This document shows positions 10,096-18,892 of a stretch of DNA of 64,000 nt, one piece after another; position 1 is the stretch's first letter; each line of letters starts with the position of its first letter. The notes beneath the pieces are model-generated. The model did not search any database. It worked only from the letters and a program-made list of their open reading frames with translations, and was not told the origin of the DNA. Both the position numbers and the translations under genes were made by a program. This DNA is from Proteobacteria bacterium UBA4457 (GTDB lineage Bacteria; Pseudomonadota; Gammaproteobacteria; Ga0077536), in the NCBI GenBank assembly GCA_002390205.1, contig DGOV01000094.1, forward strand, positions 2,251 through 66,250. The letters are read 5' to 3'.

Positions 10096-11040
10096 ATGAG
10101 TGTGAATCCCGAAAGTGTGGTACTTCATCATTATGATTTCTCAAACTACTCGGAGAAAGTTCGCTTAATTTTTGGGCTTAAGAGCATCTCTTGGCAGTCA
10201 GTAGTGATCCCGTCATTCGGTGCGAAGCCTTTTTATACTGCACTTACTGGGGGCTATCGTCGGACGCCCGCATTACAAATCGGTGCTGATGTGTATTGCG
10301 ATACATCTTTAATTATTAGTACTTTAGAGGAGTGCTTCCCCTTACCAAGCATTTATCCTGGTTCAAATAAGCTACGTACAAAAATGTTATGCGAGTCCTT
10401 AGTTTATTGGGCTGAAAAGAATCTTATGCGCTCGATTGCACTTTACATTACTGGGCTTCATGCGGAATATTTTCCTGATGAATTCCATGAAGATAGAGCA
10501 AGGCTTCACTATAGGGCTCCTCCTACGTTGAGCGCTATAAAAAATGCAGCTAGTCGTTACCTACCTCAAGTTTTATCACAACTGCCTTTGATTGAAGAAC
10601 TGCTGATCCCCGGGCAGGATTATATTTTCGAGGATGGTCTTTCTTTGGCAGATGTCTCGCTTTATCAGTGCCCTTGGTTTCTCAATATTATTGGCGGTGA
10701 CTCTCACTTACTTAGAGGTATGCCTAAGGTATTAGCTTGGATGAAAAATATTGAGATGCTGGGTCATGGTAGTTGCCAAAAAATCAGTCAGACTAGTGCT
10801 CTTGAAATTGCTAGTACCTGTTTACCTGCTCAGATACATGCAGCCTGTGCATTAGATTGTGAACAGATAATCTTAGGATCTCAGGTTGTGGTAGGCCCGT
10901 TTGGTGAGCGATCAGCCGCGAGTGGTACTTTGGTGCATGCGGATGACAAGCTGATTACTTTAGCGCACACAGGTAAAGAGTGCGGGTTGGTTCATGTACA
11001 TTTCCCTAGGCACGGATATTGGGTTAAAGGCGCTTTTTAG
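10096..11040 (+). CDS. Glutathione S-transferase family protein with C-terminal extension
   Basis: It has an N-terminal thioredoxin-like GST domain (VLHHYDFSNYSEKVRLIFGLK..., RRTPALQIG) and a helical GST-C-like region, plus about 70 extra C-terminal residues. Confidence 0.6.
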   Translation: MSVNPESVVLHHYDFSNYSEKVRLIFGLKSISWQSVVIPSFGAKPFYTALTGGYRRTPALQIGADVYCDTSLIISTLEECFPLPSIYPGSNKLRTKMLCESLVYWAEKNLMRSIALYITGLHAEYFPDEFHEDRARLHYRAPPTLSAIKNAASRYLPQVLSQLPLIEELLIPGQDYIFEDGLSLADVSLYQCPWFLNIIGGDSHLLRGMPKVLAWMKNIEMLGHGSCQKISQTSALEIASTCLPAQIHAACALDCEQIILGSQVVVGPFGERSAASGTLVHADDKLITLAHTGKECGLVHVHFPRHGYWVKGAF

Positions 11041-11351
11041 CCCAAATTCGCATATATTTGAATCACGCTTTGTGTATAAAAAATAAATCCATTTGTAGTC
11101 CTAAGTATCTGTTTATCCGCTATTATCAGTTTACGCGCGGCTTGGGTATTCTACGTATTTTCAATGGGTTAGTGAACTTTTAGTCAATTTATTTTATACT
11201 AGTTGCTGGCTAGTGAATTAGTCTTCTCGTCGACATCCGGACTGATGAGCGAAGCTCAAGAGTATCTTGTGGATATTAGCCTGTTAGAGAATTGTTGCGA
11301 TGCAACGAGAAATAGGACCGAGTAGGCGTTGAGTATTTAGAGGCATTAAAA

Positions 11352-12650
11352 ATGAGCGAAATAAAGAACGAAGTTGCGACACTAGGTCTAATGGATTCAA
11401 AACATGAATTTCCTATAATGGAGGGGAGTGTTGGTCCTAGCGTCGTTAACATATCGAAGTTATACGCAGCTACAGGCCAGTTTACTTACGACCCGGGTTT
11501 TACTTCTACTGCTAGTTGCGAGTCGGCAATCACCTACATTGATGGTGACGAAGGTATTCTTTTATACCGAGGTTATCCGATAGGACAGCTGGCAGAGAAA
11601 AGTAGCTTTTTAGAGACGGCTTTTTTGTTATTAGAGGGTGAGTTACCCTCAAACTCAGAGTATAAGGAGTTCTCAAACGCCATCACACAACACACGATGG
11701 TTCATGAACAGCTCAGAAACTTTTTTGCAGGATTTCGGCGAGATGCTCACCCTATGGCCATTTTATGTGGCGTTGTAGGCGCACTATCAGCTTTTTATCA
11801 TGATTCAACTGATATAAGCGATCCGCACCAAAGGATGGTTGCAAGCAGGCGACTTATTGCAAAAATGCCCACGCTGGCGGCGATGGCCTATAAGTACTCT
11901 GTTGGCCAGCCATTCGTTTACCCGAATAATGAACTTAGCTATCCTGAAAATTTTCTCAATATGTGTTTTGCCGTACCAGCAGAAAAGTTGATTATTAGCC
12001 CGACTTTAATAAAAGCAATGGACCGTATTTTTATCCTGCACGCAGATCATGAGCAAAATGCCTCCACATCTACCGTAAGGTTAGCTAGTTCTTCTGGTGC
12101 CAATCCCTTTGCCTGTATTGCGGCTGGGATAGCTTGTTTGTGGGGGCCAGCTCATGGCGGCGCAAACGAGGCGGCCCTAAAAATGCTCGCTGAGATCGGT
12201 TCGGTAGACAAGATCCCCGAATACATCAAGAAGGCTAAAGATAAAAATGATCCTTTCAGGTTGATGGGATTTGGTCACCGTGTTTACAAAAACTATGATC
12301 CACGGGCACGCGTCATGCAAGAAACTTGTCATGAAGTACTGACCGAGTTGGGGATCAAGGATGACCCGTTACTCGATGTTGCCATGGAACTTGAGAGAAT
12401 TGCACTTTCTGATGATTATTTCATTGAGAAAAAACTCTACCCTAATATCGACTTTTACTCGGGTATCACATTGAAAGCTATGGGCTTTCCTACCAGCATG
12501 TTTACAGTACTATTTGCCTTGGCTCGGACTGTTGGTTGGGTCGCGCAATGGAATGAAATGATTGAAGATCCTAGTCAGAAAATAGGCCGTCCTCGACAGT
12601 TATACACAGGCTACACTGAGCGGGACTACAAACCCGCCGATCACTGCTAG
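11352..12650 (+). CDS. gltA: Citrate synthase (type II, hexameric Gram-negative type)
   Basis: It carries the near-invariant motifs [23 protein letters not shown] and [15 protein letters not shown]. The length is 432 aa. Confidence 0.95.
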   Translation: MSEIKNEVATLGLMDSKHEFPIMEGSVGPSVVNISKLYAATGQFTYDPGFTSTASCESAITYIDGDEGILLYRGYPIGQLAEKSSFLETAFLLLEGELPSNSEYKEFSNAITQHTMVHEQLRNFFAGFRRDAHPMAILCGVVGALSAFYHDSTDISDPHQRMVASRRLIAKMPTLAAMAYKYSVGQPFVYPNNELSYPENFLNMCFAVPAEKLIISPTLIKAMDRIFILHADHEQNASTSTVRLASSSGANPFACIAAGIACLWGPAHGGANEAALKMLAEIGSVDKIPEYIKKAKDKNDPFRLMGFGHRVYKNYDPRARVMQETCHEVLTELGIKDDPLLDVAMELERIALSDDYFIEKKLYPNIDFYSGITLKAMGFPTSMFTVLFALARTVGWVAQWNEMIEDPSQKIGRPRQLYTGYTERDYKPADHC

Positions 12651-12659
12651 ACTGCTTGG

Positions 12660-13133
12660 ATGACTCTTGCCTCCGCAACCTTTGAGCGGCCGATTTTCTT
12701 CGATGACTACATTGAAGGACAAGTGTACGTTTTTGGTAAAACTGTGGTCAGCCAGGATGAGATAATAGAATTTGCGAGAAAGTACGATCCTCAGTCTTTC
12801 CATATCGATCCCGTGCTGGCAAAATCGCATGCTTATGGAGGTCTTATTGCTAGCGGATGGCATAGTTGTGCGATGGTTATGCGTATGATGACAGATGACT
12901 TTATTTCTGAGTCGGCAAGCTTAGGATCTCCTGGGGTTGATGAGATTCGCTGGAAAAAACCGGTTCGGCCAGGCGACACATTGCGAGTCAGGGTTGAAAT
13001 TTTGAAGACAAGATTGTCTCAGACAAAAAGCGATCGCGGGATTGTTATCTCGCAGGTCGACGCAGAGAATCAGGATTTAGAGACTATAATGTCGATGAAA
13101 ACTACTGGGTTGTTTTTAGTCAAGGACCTTTAG
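12660..13133 (+). CDS. MaoC-like (R)-specific enoyl-CoA hydratase / hot-dog fold dehydratase
   Basis: It has the hot-dog fold motif region FARKYDPQSFHIDPVLAKSHAYGGLIASGWH. It is 157 aa and starts 9 nt after gltA. Confidence 0.8.
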   Translation: MTLASATFERPIFFDDYIEGQVYVFGKTVVSQDEIIEFARKYDPQSFHIDPVLAKSHAYGGLIASGWHSCAMVMRMMTDDFISESASLGSPGVDEIRWKKPVRPGDTLRVRVEILKTRLSQTKSDRGIVISQVDAENQDLETIMSMKTTGLFLVKDL

Positions 13134-13166
13134 TAGGATAAATAACACCCCTCTTTCTTGAGGTAC

Positions 13167-13514
13167 CTATTTCTCTATGCAATAGCCTTCAAATGCTGCA
13201 TGAACGCATTCCGTCCCATCATTACAGTCGCTTTGTACCACGCATTTTTTTCCGATGGCTTTTCCCGGGAAGTATTTGCGCAGTATGATGTGTGGATCGC
13301 CTATTAGTGATATAGCCTGATCGCGCGGAGTTTCAGATTGCTTATCGCTCTTTTCTTTTTTTACAGGGACCTCCAATCCGTAGCAAACTCCGCCAGCCCG
13401 TTTCTCTCTTTTGATACAAACTCCTACCCCGCAATCCCGATCGATTTCACAGCTTTGGCTGGAAAAGCCTATTAAAGTGAGGCTAATAACAGCAGTTAAT
13501 ATAAGTCTAGAGAT
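13167..13514 (-). CDS. Small secreted Cys-rich protein (two Cx5Cx4-5Cx8-10C modules); apparent non-AUG (ATC) start
   Basis: The frame is open upstream of the listed TTG (13376) and encodes a signal-peptide-like ISRLILTAVISLTLIGFSSQS|C. A perfect AAGGAG lies 6 nt before the ATC at 13514. No ATG, GTG or TTG is available in frame upstream. Confidence 0.45.
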   Translation of the reverse strand: MSRLILTAVISLTLIGFSSQSCEIDRDCGVGVCIKREKRAGGVCYGLEVPVKKEKSDKQSETPRDQAISLIGDPHIILRKYFPGKAIGKKCVVQSDCNDGTECVHAAFEGYCIEK

Positions 13515-13524
13515 ACCACGCTCC

Positions 13525-14763
13525 TTAGGGGCTGTCGTTTTTCATTCTAATGGCACCGTGCATGGCGAGTCGATCACCACCATCTTTAAGCGCATCCAGA
13601 TAGTTTGCCCACGCTTGCATCATACTCTTTCTTTCAAGTAATAAGTTTTTGTATGTATATCCAATATCTTTTTGTAAGATGTCCTCAACTCCTCGGTCGG
13701 CCTGCAGTTGCGTCTTTAGAGCCAGTTTGCTCCATCCCATTTCAGTCAGATGTTGTCGTGCCATACTTTGGAAACCCCAAACGGTTATTTGAGTCACGTT
13801 TTTGGTGATGCTTTTTAAGGCATGATTAAGAGTATTTGCACTAAGCGTTAAGTGTCGGCTTTTTCTGTTGTGAAAAATGAATCCTTCTAGATTAGTCGGG
13901 GGCTTGGCTTGCATCAGGATTTTCAACATTTGAGTAGCCAGAGGGACGACGTGTCTTGTTCCATTAATCTCAATGCTCCATTCTTTCTCTTTAAAATCAA
14001 TCTCCGACCATTTGGCATGGACTAGCTGGGTCGGTCGGACAAAGACTAAGGCACCGAACTCTAAGGCTAGCCGTGTTTTTATATATCCTCTATAAGTGGA
14101 GATCCCGCGTATTAACTGAGCTATGCCTTCTGGTGCCTCCATATATTTATAGTGCCGCGTTACAAGAGATAGCTGAGAATTATGTAGGTTGATAGTTGGG
14201 TTATGTCGAATAATTCCTACTTTCAATGCATATTCGAAGATTTTTTGTATTGTTTGTCGTGTGCGGTGAGCTTTGTCAACTTGACCTTTATTTTCAATAG
14301 CTTTAATAAGTTTCAAAATAATGGTTCTTGAGATATTTCTTATTGGTCTATTGCCTAGCGCCGGCAAGATATCATTCTTGAGACGTACGGTTGTTTTCGC
14401 TTTCAATTGCTCGCTCATAGTTTTGGAGCGAGATGCCAACCACTCGTTGCTAACGTGAGTGAACGTGTCAATCTTGTCATTTTGTGTCGCCCAGGACTCT
14501 CGGTGTGCAGCTGGATCAATATTCTTATCAATTAGATCTTCAAAGACCTTCCTTTGTTGTCTGACTCTACTAAGGTCTATTCTCGGATAAGACCCAAGAG
14601 AGATGGATTTATTCTTACCCACCCATTGGTAGTCATATCGCCACCATTTTTCTCCTGATGTTGATATGACGAGTTGGAGCCCACGCCCATCCGTTTTGTC
14701 GTAATCCGTCTGCTGAGGTAGAAGTTTTTCTATTGCAAGAGCAGTAAGTTTTCCTTCATCCAT
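13525..14763 (-). CDS. Tyrosine recombinase, P4/CP4-57 integrase family (DUF4102 N-domain), catalytic residues apparently substituted
   Basis: The N-terminus (LTALAIEKL..DGRGLQLVISTSGEKWWRYDY) matches P4-type Int. The core has the first Arg (VFVRPTQL). The HxxR box reads VWGFQS, and the LxH...Y box reads LQAD....GYTY. Confidence 0.85.
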   Translation of the reverse strand: MDEGKLTALAIEKLLPQQTDYDKTDGRGLQLVISTSGEKWWRYDYQWVGKNKSISLGSYPRIDLSRVRQQRKVFEDLIDKNIDPAAHRESWATQNDKIDTFTHVSNEWLASRSKTMSEQLKAKTTVRLKNDILPALGNRPIRNISRTIILKLIKAIENKGQVDKAHRTRQTIQKIFEYALKVGIIRHNPTINLHNSQLSLVTRHYKYMEAPEGIAQLIRGISTYRGYIKTRLALEFGALVFVRPTQLVHAKWSEIDFKEKEWSIEINGTRHVVPLATQMLKILMQAKPPTNLEGFIFHNRKSRHLTLSANTLNHALKSITKNVTQITVWGFQSMARQHLTEMGWSKLALKTQLQADRGVEDILQKDIGYTYKNLLLERKSMMQAWANYLDALKDGGDRLAMHGAIRMKNDSP

Positions 14764-14824
14764 TAAGCTGCACTCCGAAAATTCACCGTTTGGTAATTAA
14801 TTATTGATTCTTTACTTATAATTT

Positions 14825-14839
14825 ATTATGGGATCATAC
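14825..14839 (+). repeat. 15-bp direct repeat copy 1 (TTATGGGATCATACT)
   Basis: It exactly matches 22407-22421. It lies 62 bp upstream of the integrase start codon in an AT-rich intergenic region. Confidence 0.3.
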
Positions 14840-14911
14840 TAATTAGATAATAATGCCTATTATGTCTCTTTGCTGATAGGTTCGCCAATTGTTTATCCAT
14901 ATAATAAGGCA

Positions 14912-15433
14912 ATGAATTGGATTTTTGGGTATGGCTCGATTATGTGGAATCCTGCGATATCTTATTCGGAGGTGCGGAAGGCGAAATTGTCGGGTTGGGC
15001 CCGCAGATTTTGGCAGCTTTCGCCTGACCATCGGGGTACTCCAGCTTTTCCTGGCCGCGTAGTCACTCTAGTAGAGAAGGCTGATTGCGATTGTTGGGGT
15101 CTTGCCTTTCGCATAGAGGAAAGCCAGTGGGATAAAACACTAGAGATCCTTGATGAGCGAGAAAAAAATGGGTATACACGTCACTTTTTAGAGATGAATT
15201 TAGCGGCAGGATCTGAGGAGCTATGTGTGACGTATATTGCACGAGATACAAATGTGTCCTTCTCACCCTTGCCTTCCGCGAAAGAGACAGCGTTGAACAT
15301 TACTCAAGCGACGGGTCCCAGTGGTAGCAATACAGATTATTTTTTGAGATTGCGAGACACACTTGAGTCGCTTCAGGTTTATGATGAGGAAATTGAGCGT
15401 TTAAACAAAGCATTTGTTGAAATAGACCGCTAA
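14912..15433 (+). CDS. chaC: Glutathione-specific gamma-glutamylcyclotransferase (ChaC family)
   Basis: It has the ChaC motifs IFGYGSIMWNP, DHRGTPAFPGRVVTL and LDEREKNGY. I prefer the ATG at 14912 (MNWIFGYGS) to the listed TTG at 14870. Confidence 0.75.
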   Translation: MNWIFGYGSIMWNPAISYSEVRKAKLSGWARRFWQLSPDHRGTPAFPGRVVTLVEKADCDCWGLAFRIEESQWDKTLEILDEREKNGYTRHFLEMNLAAGSEELCVTYIARDTNVSFSPLPSAKETALNITQATGPSGSNTDYFLRLRDTLESLQVYDEEIERLNKAFVEIDR

Positions 15434-15472
15434 AAGGTTATAACTACATTATTTTTTTACCATCCATCAAAT

Positions 15473-16243
15473 ATGACCACATTTTCTAAATATGTTGGAA
15501 TTCACTATTCGGGTTTAAAAGCTCCGGTGTCTAGGTTACCTCAGCTGCAAGTGTTTGAGTGTTTGATCGGTTCGGAGCCCGCAAAGGTCGAGCCTTATGA
15601 TGCCGCAGCGAGGTACTGGTGTCGCAAAGAAGTAGGAAAGTATATCCGTGAACTTTTGCTTTCCGAGAATGAAGTCATAATAGGAGTTGACCATAGTTTT
15701 TCTTTTCCAGAGTCATATTTTTTAGATCACACACTGCCTGACTGGGGAACGTTTCTGGAGTACTTTACTGATCGTTGGCCGGCGCATTACGATCATATGT
15801 ACGTTGATTTTTTACGTAAAAAAAATCCTATTCTTGGTGATACTCGGGACCTGAGATTGTGTGAGAAATGGAGCAGTAACGTTAAAAGTATCTTTTCCTC
15901 TGGTGTTTGTGCGGATGAATCGCGGTCATCGTTGGCAGGACTCCCATGGCTGAAAGAACTGCGCTGCGATCCTAAGCTCTCAGAGAGAGTCCAATTTTGG
16001 CCTTTTGACGATTTTTTCATAGAGCCACAGCATTCGGTTATCGCGGAAGTTAATTCCTCTCTTTTTCGTAACAGATATAGTATCGAAGGGAGAGAGTCGC
16101 ATGACCATGATGCTTACTCTATTGCTAGATGGCTGCAAGAGATGGATTGTCGGGGAGCTTTGTCGACTTATTTTAATCCACCTTTGACATTGCCTGAAAG
16201 GAGAATAGCAGCATTAGAGGGATGGATTCTAGGCGTGAGGTAA
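15473..16243 (+). CDS. Hypothetical protein (possible RNase-H-like/DUF429-like fold), function unknown
   Basis: The 256 aa ORF starts 39 nt after chaC on the same strand. The motifs VGIHYSG, IIGVDHSFSFP, HDHDAYSIARW and EGWILG recall DUF429-type proteins, but I cannot confirm this. Confidence 0.55.
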   Translation: MTTFSKYVGIHYSGLKAPVSRLPQLQVFECLIGSEPAKVEPYDAAARYWCRKEVGKYIRELLLSENEVIIGVDHSFSFPESYFLDHTLPDWGTFLEYFTDRWPAHYDHMYVDFLRKKNPILGDTRDLRLCEKWSSNVKSIFSSGVCADESRSSLAGLPWLKELRCDPKLSERVQFWPFDDFFIEPQHSVIAEVNSSLFRNRYSIEGRESHDHDAYSIARWLQEMDCRGALSTYFNPPLTLPERRIAALEGWILGVR

Positions 16244-16455
16244 TTGTTAAATTGTAAGTGAATACTTACTCTATAAAATATATTTGTTGCATTCCACCAT
16301 TGATAAAATATTATGTCTCAGCAGCCTTCGTGAATAATGAATATAATTTTTATTATTCATTACTAGGTGTATACTGGCGTCATGACATTAACCGAGCAAC
16401 ACTCTCCTGCGCAAAAGACGATATTAGCGGCTGCACTAAAACGAGTAGCTAACTA

Positions 16456-17385
16456 ATGGACAAATTAGGACATATGCGCACTTTCGTGACCGTAGCAAAG
16501 CTCGGGTCATTCTCTCTTGCTGCTAAAGAGTTTAACGTCACGCCTGGAATGATGTCTAAGCAAGTTAAACAGCTTGAGGACAGTCTGGATGTGCGATTAC
16601 TTAACCGGACAACGAGGGGGGTCTCTCTCACCCACGCGGGTGAAATTTATATAGAAAAAGCCGTCCCTATCCTTCAAAGCATTGAGGACATAGAAGGTGC
16701 TGTTGTTGAGCTGTCGACCGGCGCGAAAGGAATTTTACGGATTAGTTGCCCGCCTTCTTTCGGGCGTACTGTATTGACTCCAATTATTTCGACCTTTATT
16801 CTCGAGAATCCTAGACTGAGAATTGAGTTGGGTTTGCAAAACGACGAACCAAACGTCGTGGCCTCTCGCTTGGACTTATTATTTCGCTTGGGTCGTATGA
16901 GAGATAGTTCTCTGGTAGGAAAACAGGTTGCGACTGCACCGTTTGTATTGTGTGCTTCTCCTCGCTATATCAAACAGGCGGGGGTGCCGAGGAATCTTGA
17001 GGACTTATCCGGTCACAATTGCGTCGTAGATGGGTCTATGCAAGAGGAGGCTGACTCTTGGGAGTTTCTTGATAGCCAAAGGTCTGTAATCTCACAATCG
17101 GTTGCGGGAAATTTTTTCTCTTTTAACACAGGCGCAGTAGTGCAAGCTGTAATCCAAGGCTTAGGCATTGCATACGTGCCTCGCTATGCTGTTGTCGAGG
17201 AGTTGTTCGCCAGAAAATTGGTCGAAATTAACTTGCCGGATTGCAAGCCTAAAGTTGAGCCTCTTTATGCGCTCTATGCAAGTCGACAGCACATTGCAGT
17301 AAAAATTAAAGACTTTGTCAGTTACTTCACATCAAATATGGGTACTGAGAACGGCATGCTGGGCGTCATTGTTCCGAGCTTGTAG
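16456..17385 (+). CDS. LysR family transcriptional regulator
   Basis: It has an N-terminal wHTH (MRTFVTVAKLGSFSLAAKEFNVTPGMMSKQVKQLEDSLDVRLLNRTTRGVSLT) and a LysR substrate-binding domain. The length is 309 aa. Confidence 0.9.
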   Translation: MDKLGHMRTFVTVAKLGSFSLAAKEFNVTPGMMSKQVKQLEDSLDVRLLNRTTRGVSLTHAGEIYIEKAVPILQSIEDIEGAVVELSTGAKGILRISCPPSFGRTVLTPIISTFILENPRLRIELGLQNDEPNVVASRLDLLFRLGRMRDSSLVGKQVATAPFVLCASPRYIKQAGVPRNLEDLSGHNCVVDGSMQEEADSWEFLDSQRSVISQSVAGNFFSFNTGAVVQAVIQGLGIAYVPRYAVVEELFARKLVEINLPDCKPKVEPLYALYASRQHIAVKIKDFVSYFTSNMGTENGMLGVIVPSL

Positions 17386-17388
17386 ATA

Positions 17389-18090
17389 TTACTCCTGCTT
17401 ACCCGATAGAACTATTGGGTTCTCCTCCTTTAATTTACTGATAACTTCTTCAGAGGAATAAAGGTCGGCATATTTTTGCTGCATATCAAAAAGATTAGCT
17501 TCATGAGGACCTATAGCCCGATCTCCTACACAATCGGTAACCACTATAGTTCTGTAGTTATAGCTCATTGAATCGACTACTGATGCTCTAACACACCCCG
17601 ATGTGGTACAGCCTGTTATGACGAGAGTTTCGATGTTCTTGGCTACCAGCCATGATACTAAACCAGTGCCGAAGAATGCCGAGGCTTGAGTCTTCCTGAC
17701 AACATACTCGTTAGGCTCTGGAGTGAGGTCGTCGACTATTTGGCTAATATAGGCATTCTCGGTCAATCGTTCCAACCCTGGTACTTTCTGACAGAAAATA
17801 CCTGTGTTGGACCCATCACTCTCATATACAACTCGAGTATGGGCGATGGGAATTTTAAGTTCCCTAGCTGTCTGTAGGAGAATTCTCGTTCGCTTCATCG
17901 CGTCTGTAATGTTCCCACCACCGTAATACTCAGGGTCACAAAATCCATTCACGAAATCAACCATTAAGAGCGCTGACTTACCTTTAAAGCCAGATTTTTC
18001 CCCAAAGCCTTGTTTCTTGTAGATGTTTAGGTTGCTCACTTTGTATTCTCCAAGATTGTTATCTTTTTTGATGCTAGCACAACTAGTCAT
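17389..18090 (-). CDS. Isochorismatase-family cysteine hydrolase (N-carbamoylsarcosine amidase-like)
   Basis: It has ALLMVDFVNGF (catalytic Asp), a Lys region, and the nucleophile Cys in LVITGCTTSGCVRAS. Its start overlaps the upstream gene's stop by 8 nt. Confidence 0.85.
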   Translation of the reverse strand: MTSCASIKKDNNLGEYKVSNLNIYKKQGFGEKSGFKGKSALLMVDFVNGFCDPEYYGGGNITDAMKRTRILLQTARELKIPIAHTRVVYESDGSNTGIFCQKVPGLERLTENAYISQIVDDLTPEPNEYVVRKTQASAFFGTGLVSWLVAKNIETLVITGCTTSGCVRASVVDSMSYNYRTIVVTDCVGDRAIGPHEANLFDMQQKYADLYSSEEVISKLKEENPIVLSGKQE

Positions 18091-18745
18091 CTGCCGATTC
18101 GAGCAAAGCTGCAGTCAGGCCGGCATGACCAAACGAAGCGCCTGCTGCCATCTCGATCGCTACCCACACGGACTCTGTGATCTGGGCTTTTGAAAATTCA
18201 GCTTTCAGCGCCATTTTAGTTAATCTCTTTATGGAATGCGGATCACGTGTGTTGTGTGCGCATGCAAGAGCGATGAGATGCTTAAACGAGCTCTTTAAAG
18301 TCTTATTTTCAAAAATTTTATTTTCAAGGTGTTCAAGGCTTTTCAAAGGCCCTTCGTTCATTTCATGTAACTGTTTTAGTTGCTCTGCCGAGTTCTCAGT
18401 TTGGTAGCTCTTTAGATCGCTGTTAAGAGCATCTATCGTGATAGGAAATTGCGATACAGAGGAATTGGTTTCAGATATGATCCCGACCCAAGCAGCCTCG
18501 ATAATTTCTTCATGACTGGCGCCTGCTTCGAGGGCGAGACTTGTATGGTAATCTATGCAGTAAGGACATCGTAGAGTATGTGCACACCCGATAGCTATTA
18601 ACTCTTTTTCATGTTTTGAGAGAGCCGCATTATTGAAGGTGCTTGTCGCTAGCGCTGCAAATGCGTTTGCAGGTTTTGGGGCCCATTTGGTGAGTAATTG
18701 TGTTTTGGTGAGTAGCGAGGGATGTAAGATGTGGTCTAGTGGCAT
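18083..18745 (-). CDS. Carboxymuconolactone decarboxylase / AhpD-like protein, two tandem CMD domains
   Basis: The first half has the CxxC-type AhpD motif (LRCPYCIDYH). The second half has a degenerate repeat (ACAHNTRDPHSIKRL). I prefer the ATG at 18745 (GGAG 8 nt upstream) to the listed 18847. Confidence 0.75.
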   Translation of the reverse strand: MPLDHILHPSLLTKTQLLTKWAPKPANAFAALATSTFNNAALSKHEKELIAIGCAHTLRCPYCIDYHTSLALEAGASHEEIIEAAWVGIISETNSSVSQFPITIDALNSDLKSYQTENSAEQLKQLHEMNEGPLKSLEHLENKIFENKTLKSSFKHLIALACAHNTRDPHSIKRLTKMALKAEFSKAQITESVWVAIEMAAGASFGHAGLTAALLESADD

Positions 18746-18892
18746 TGTCCAAGCTCCAGGATTGTGTCTGGGTTTCAGTGGCAACAAATATCGTAATTGC
18801 CTTGGGTTAAATGAGATGCGTCTTAGTCTGTCTGCTTCTATAAACACCTATACTATGAAGGGGCCGTTAGCTAGACATCTTTTATGGTGTAG

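Larger units (their letters stand above)
13525..14839 (-). mobile_element. Possible remnant of an integrative element (integrase plus AT-rich upstream end); boundaries not established
   Basis: The only recombinase in the window is here. No adjacent tRNA was found, no second copy of the tRNA 3' end, and no other phage or ICE genes. Confidence 0.3.

Noticed and set aside
16258-16452. 64-aa plus-strand ORF upstream of the LysR gene
   Set aside because: It lies in an extremely AT-rich promoter-like region. It is Tyr/Ile/Asn-rich, has no SD, and starts with the rare GTG in a poor context.
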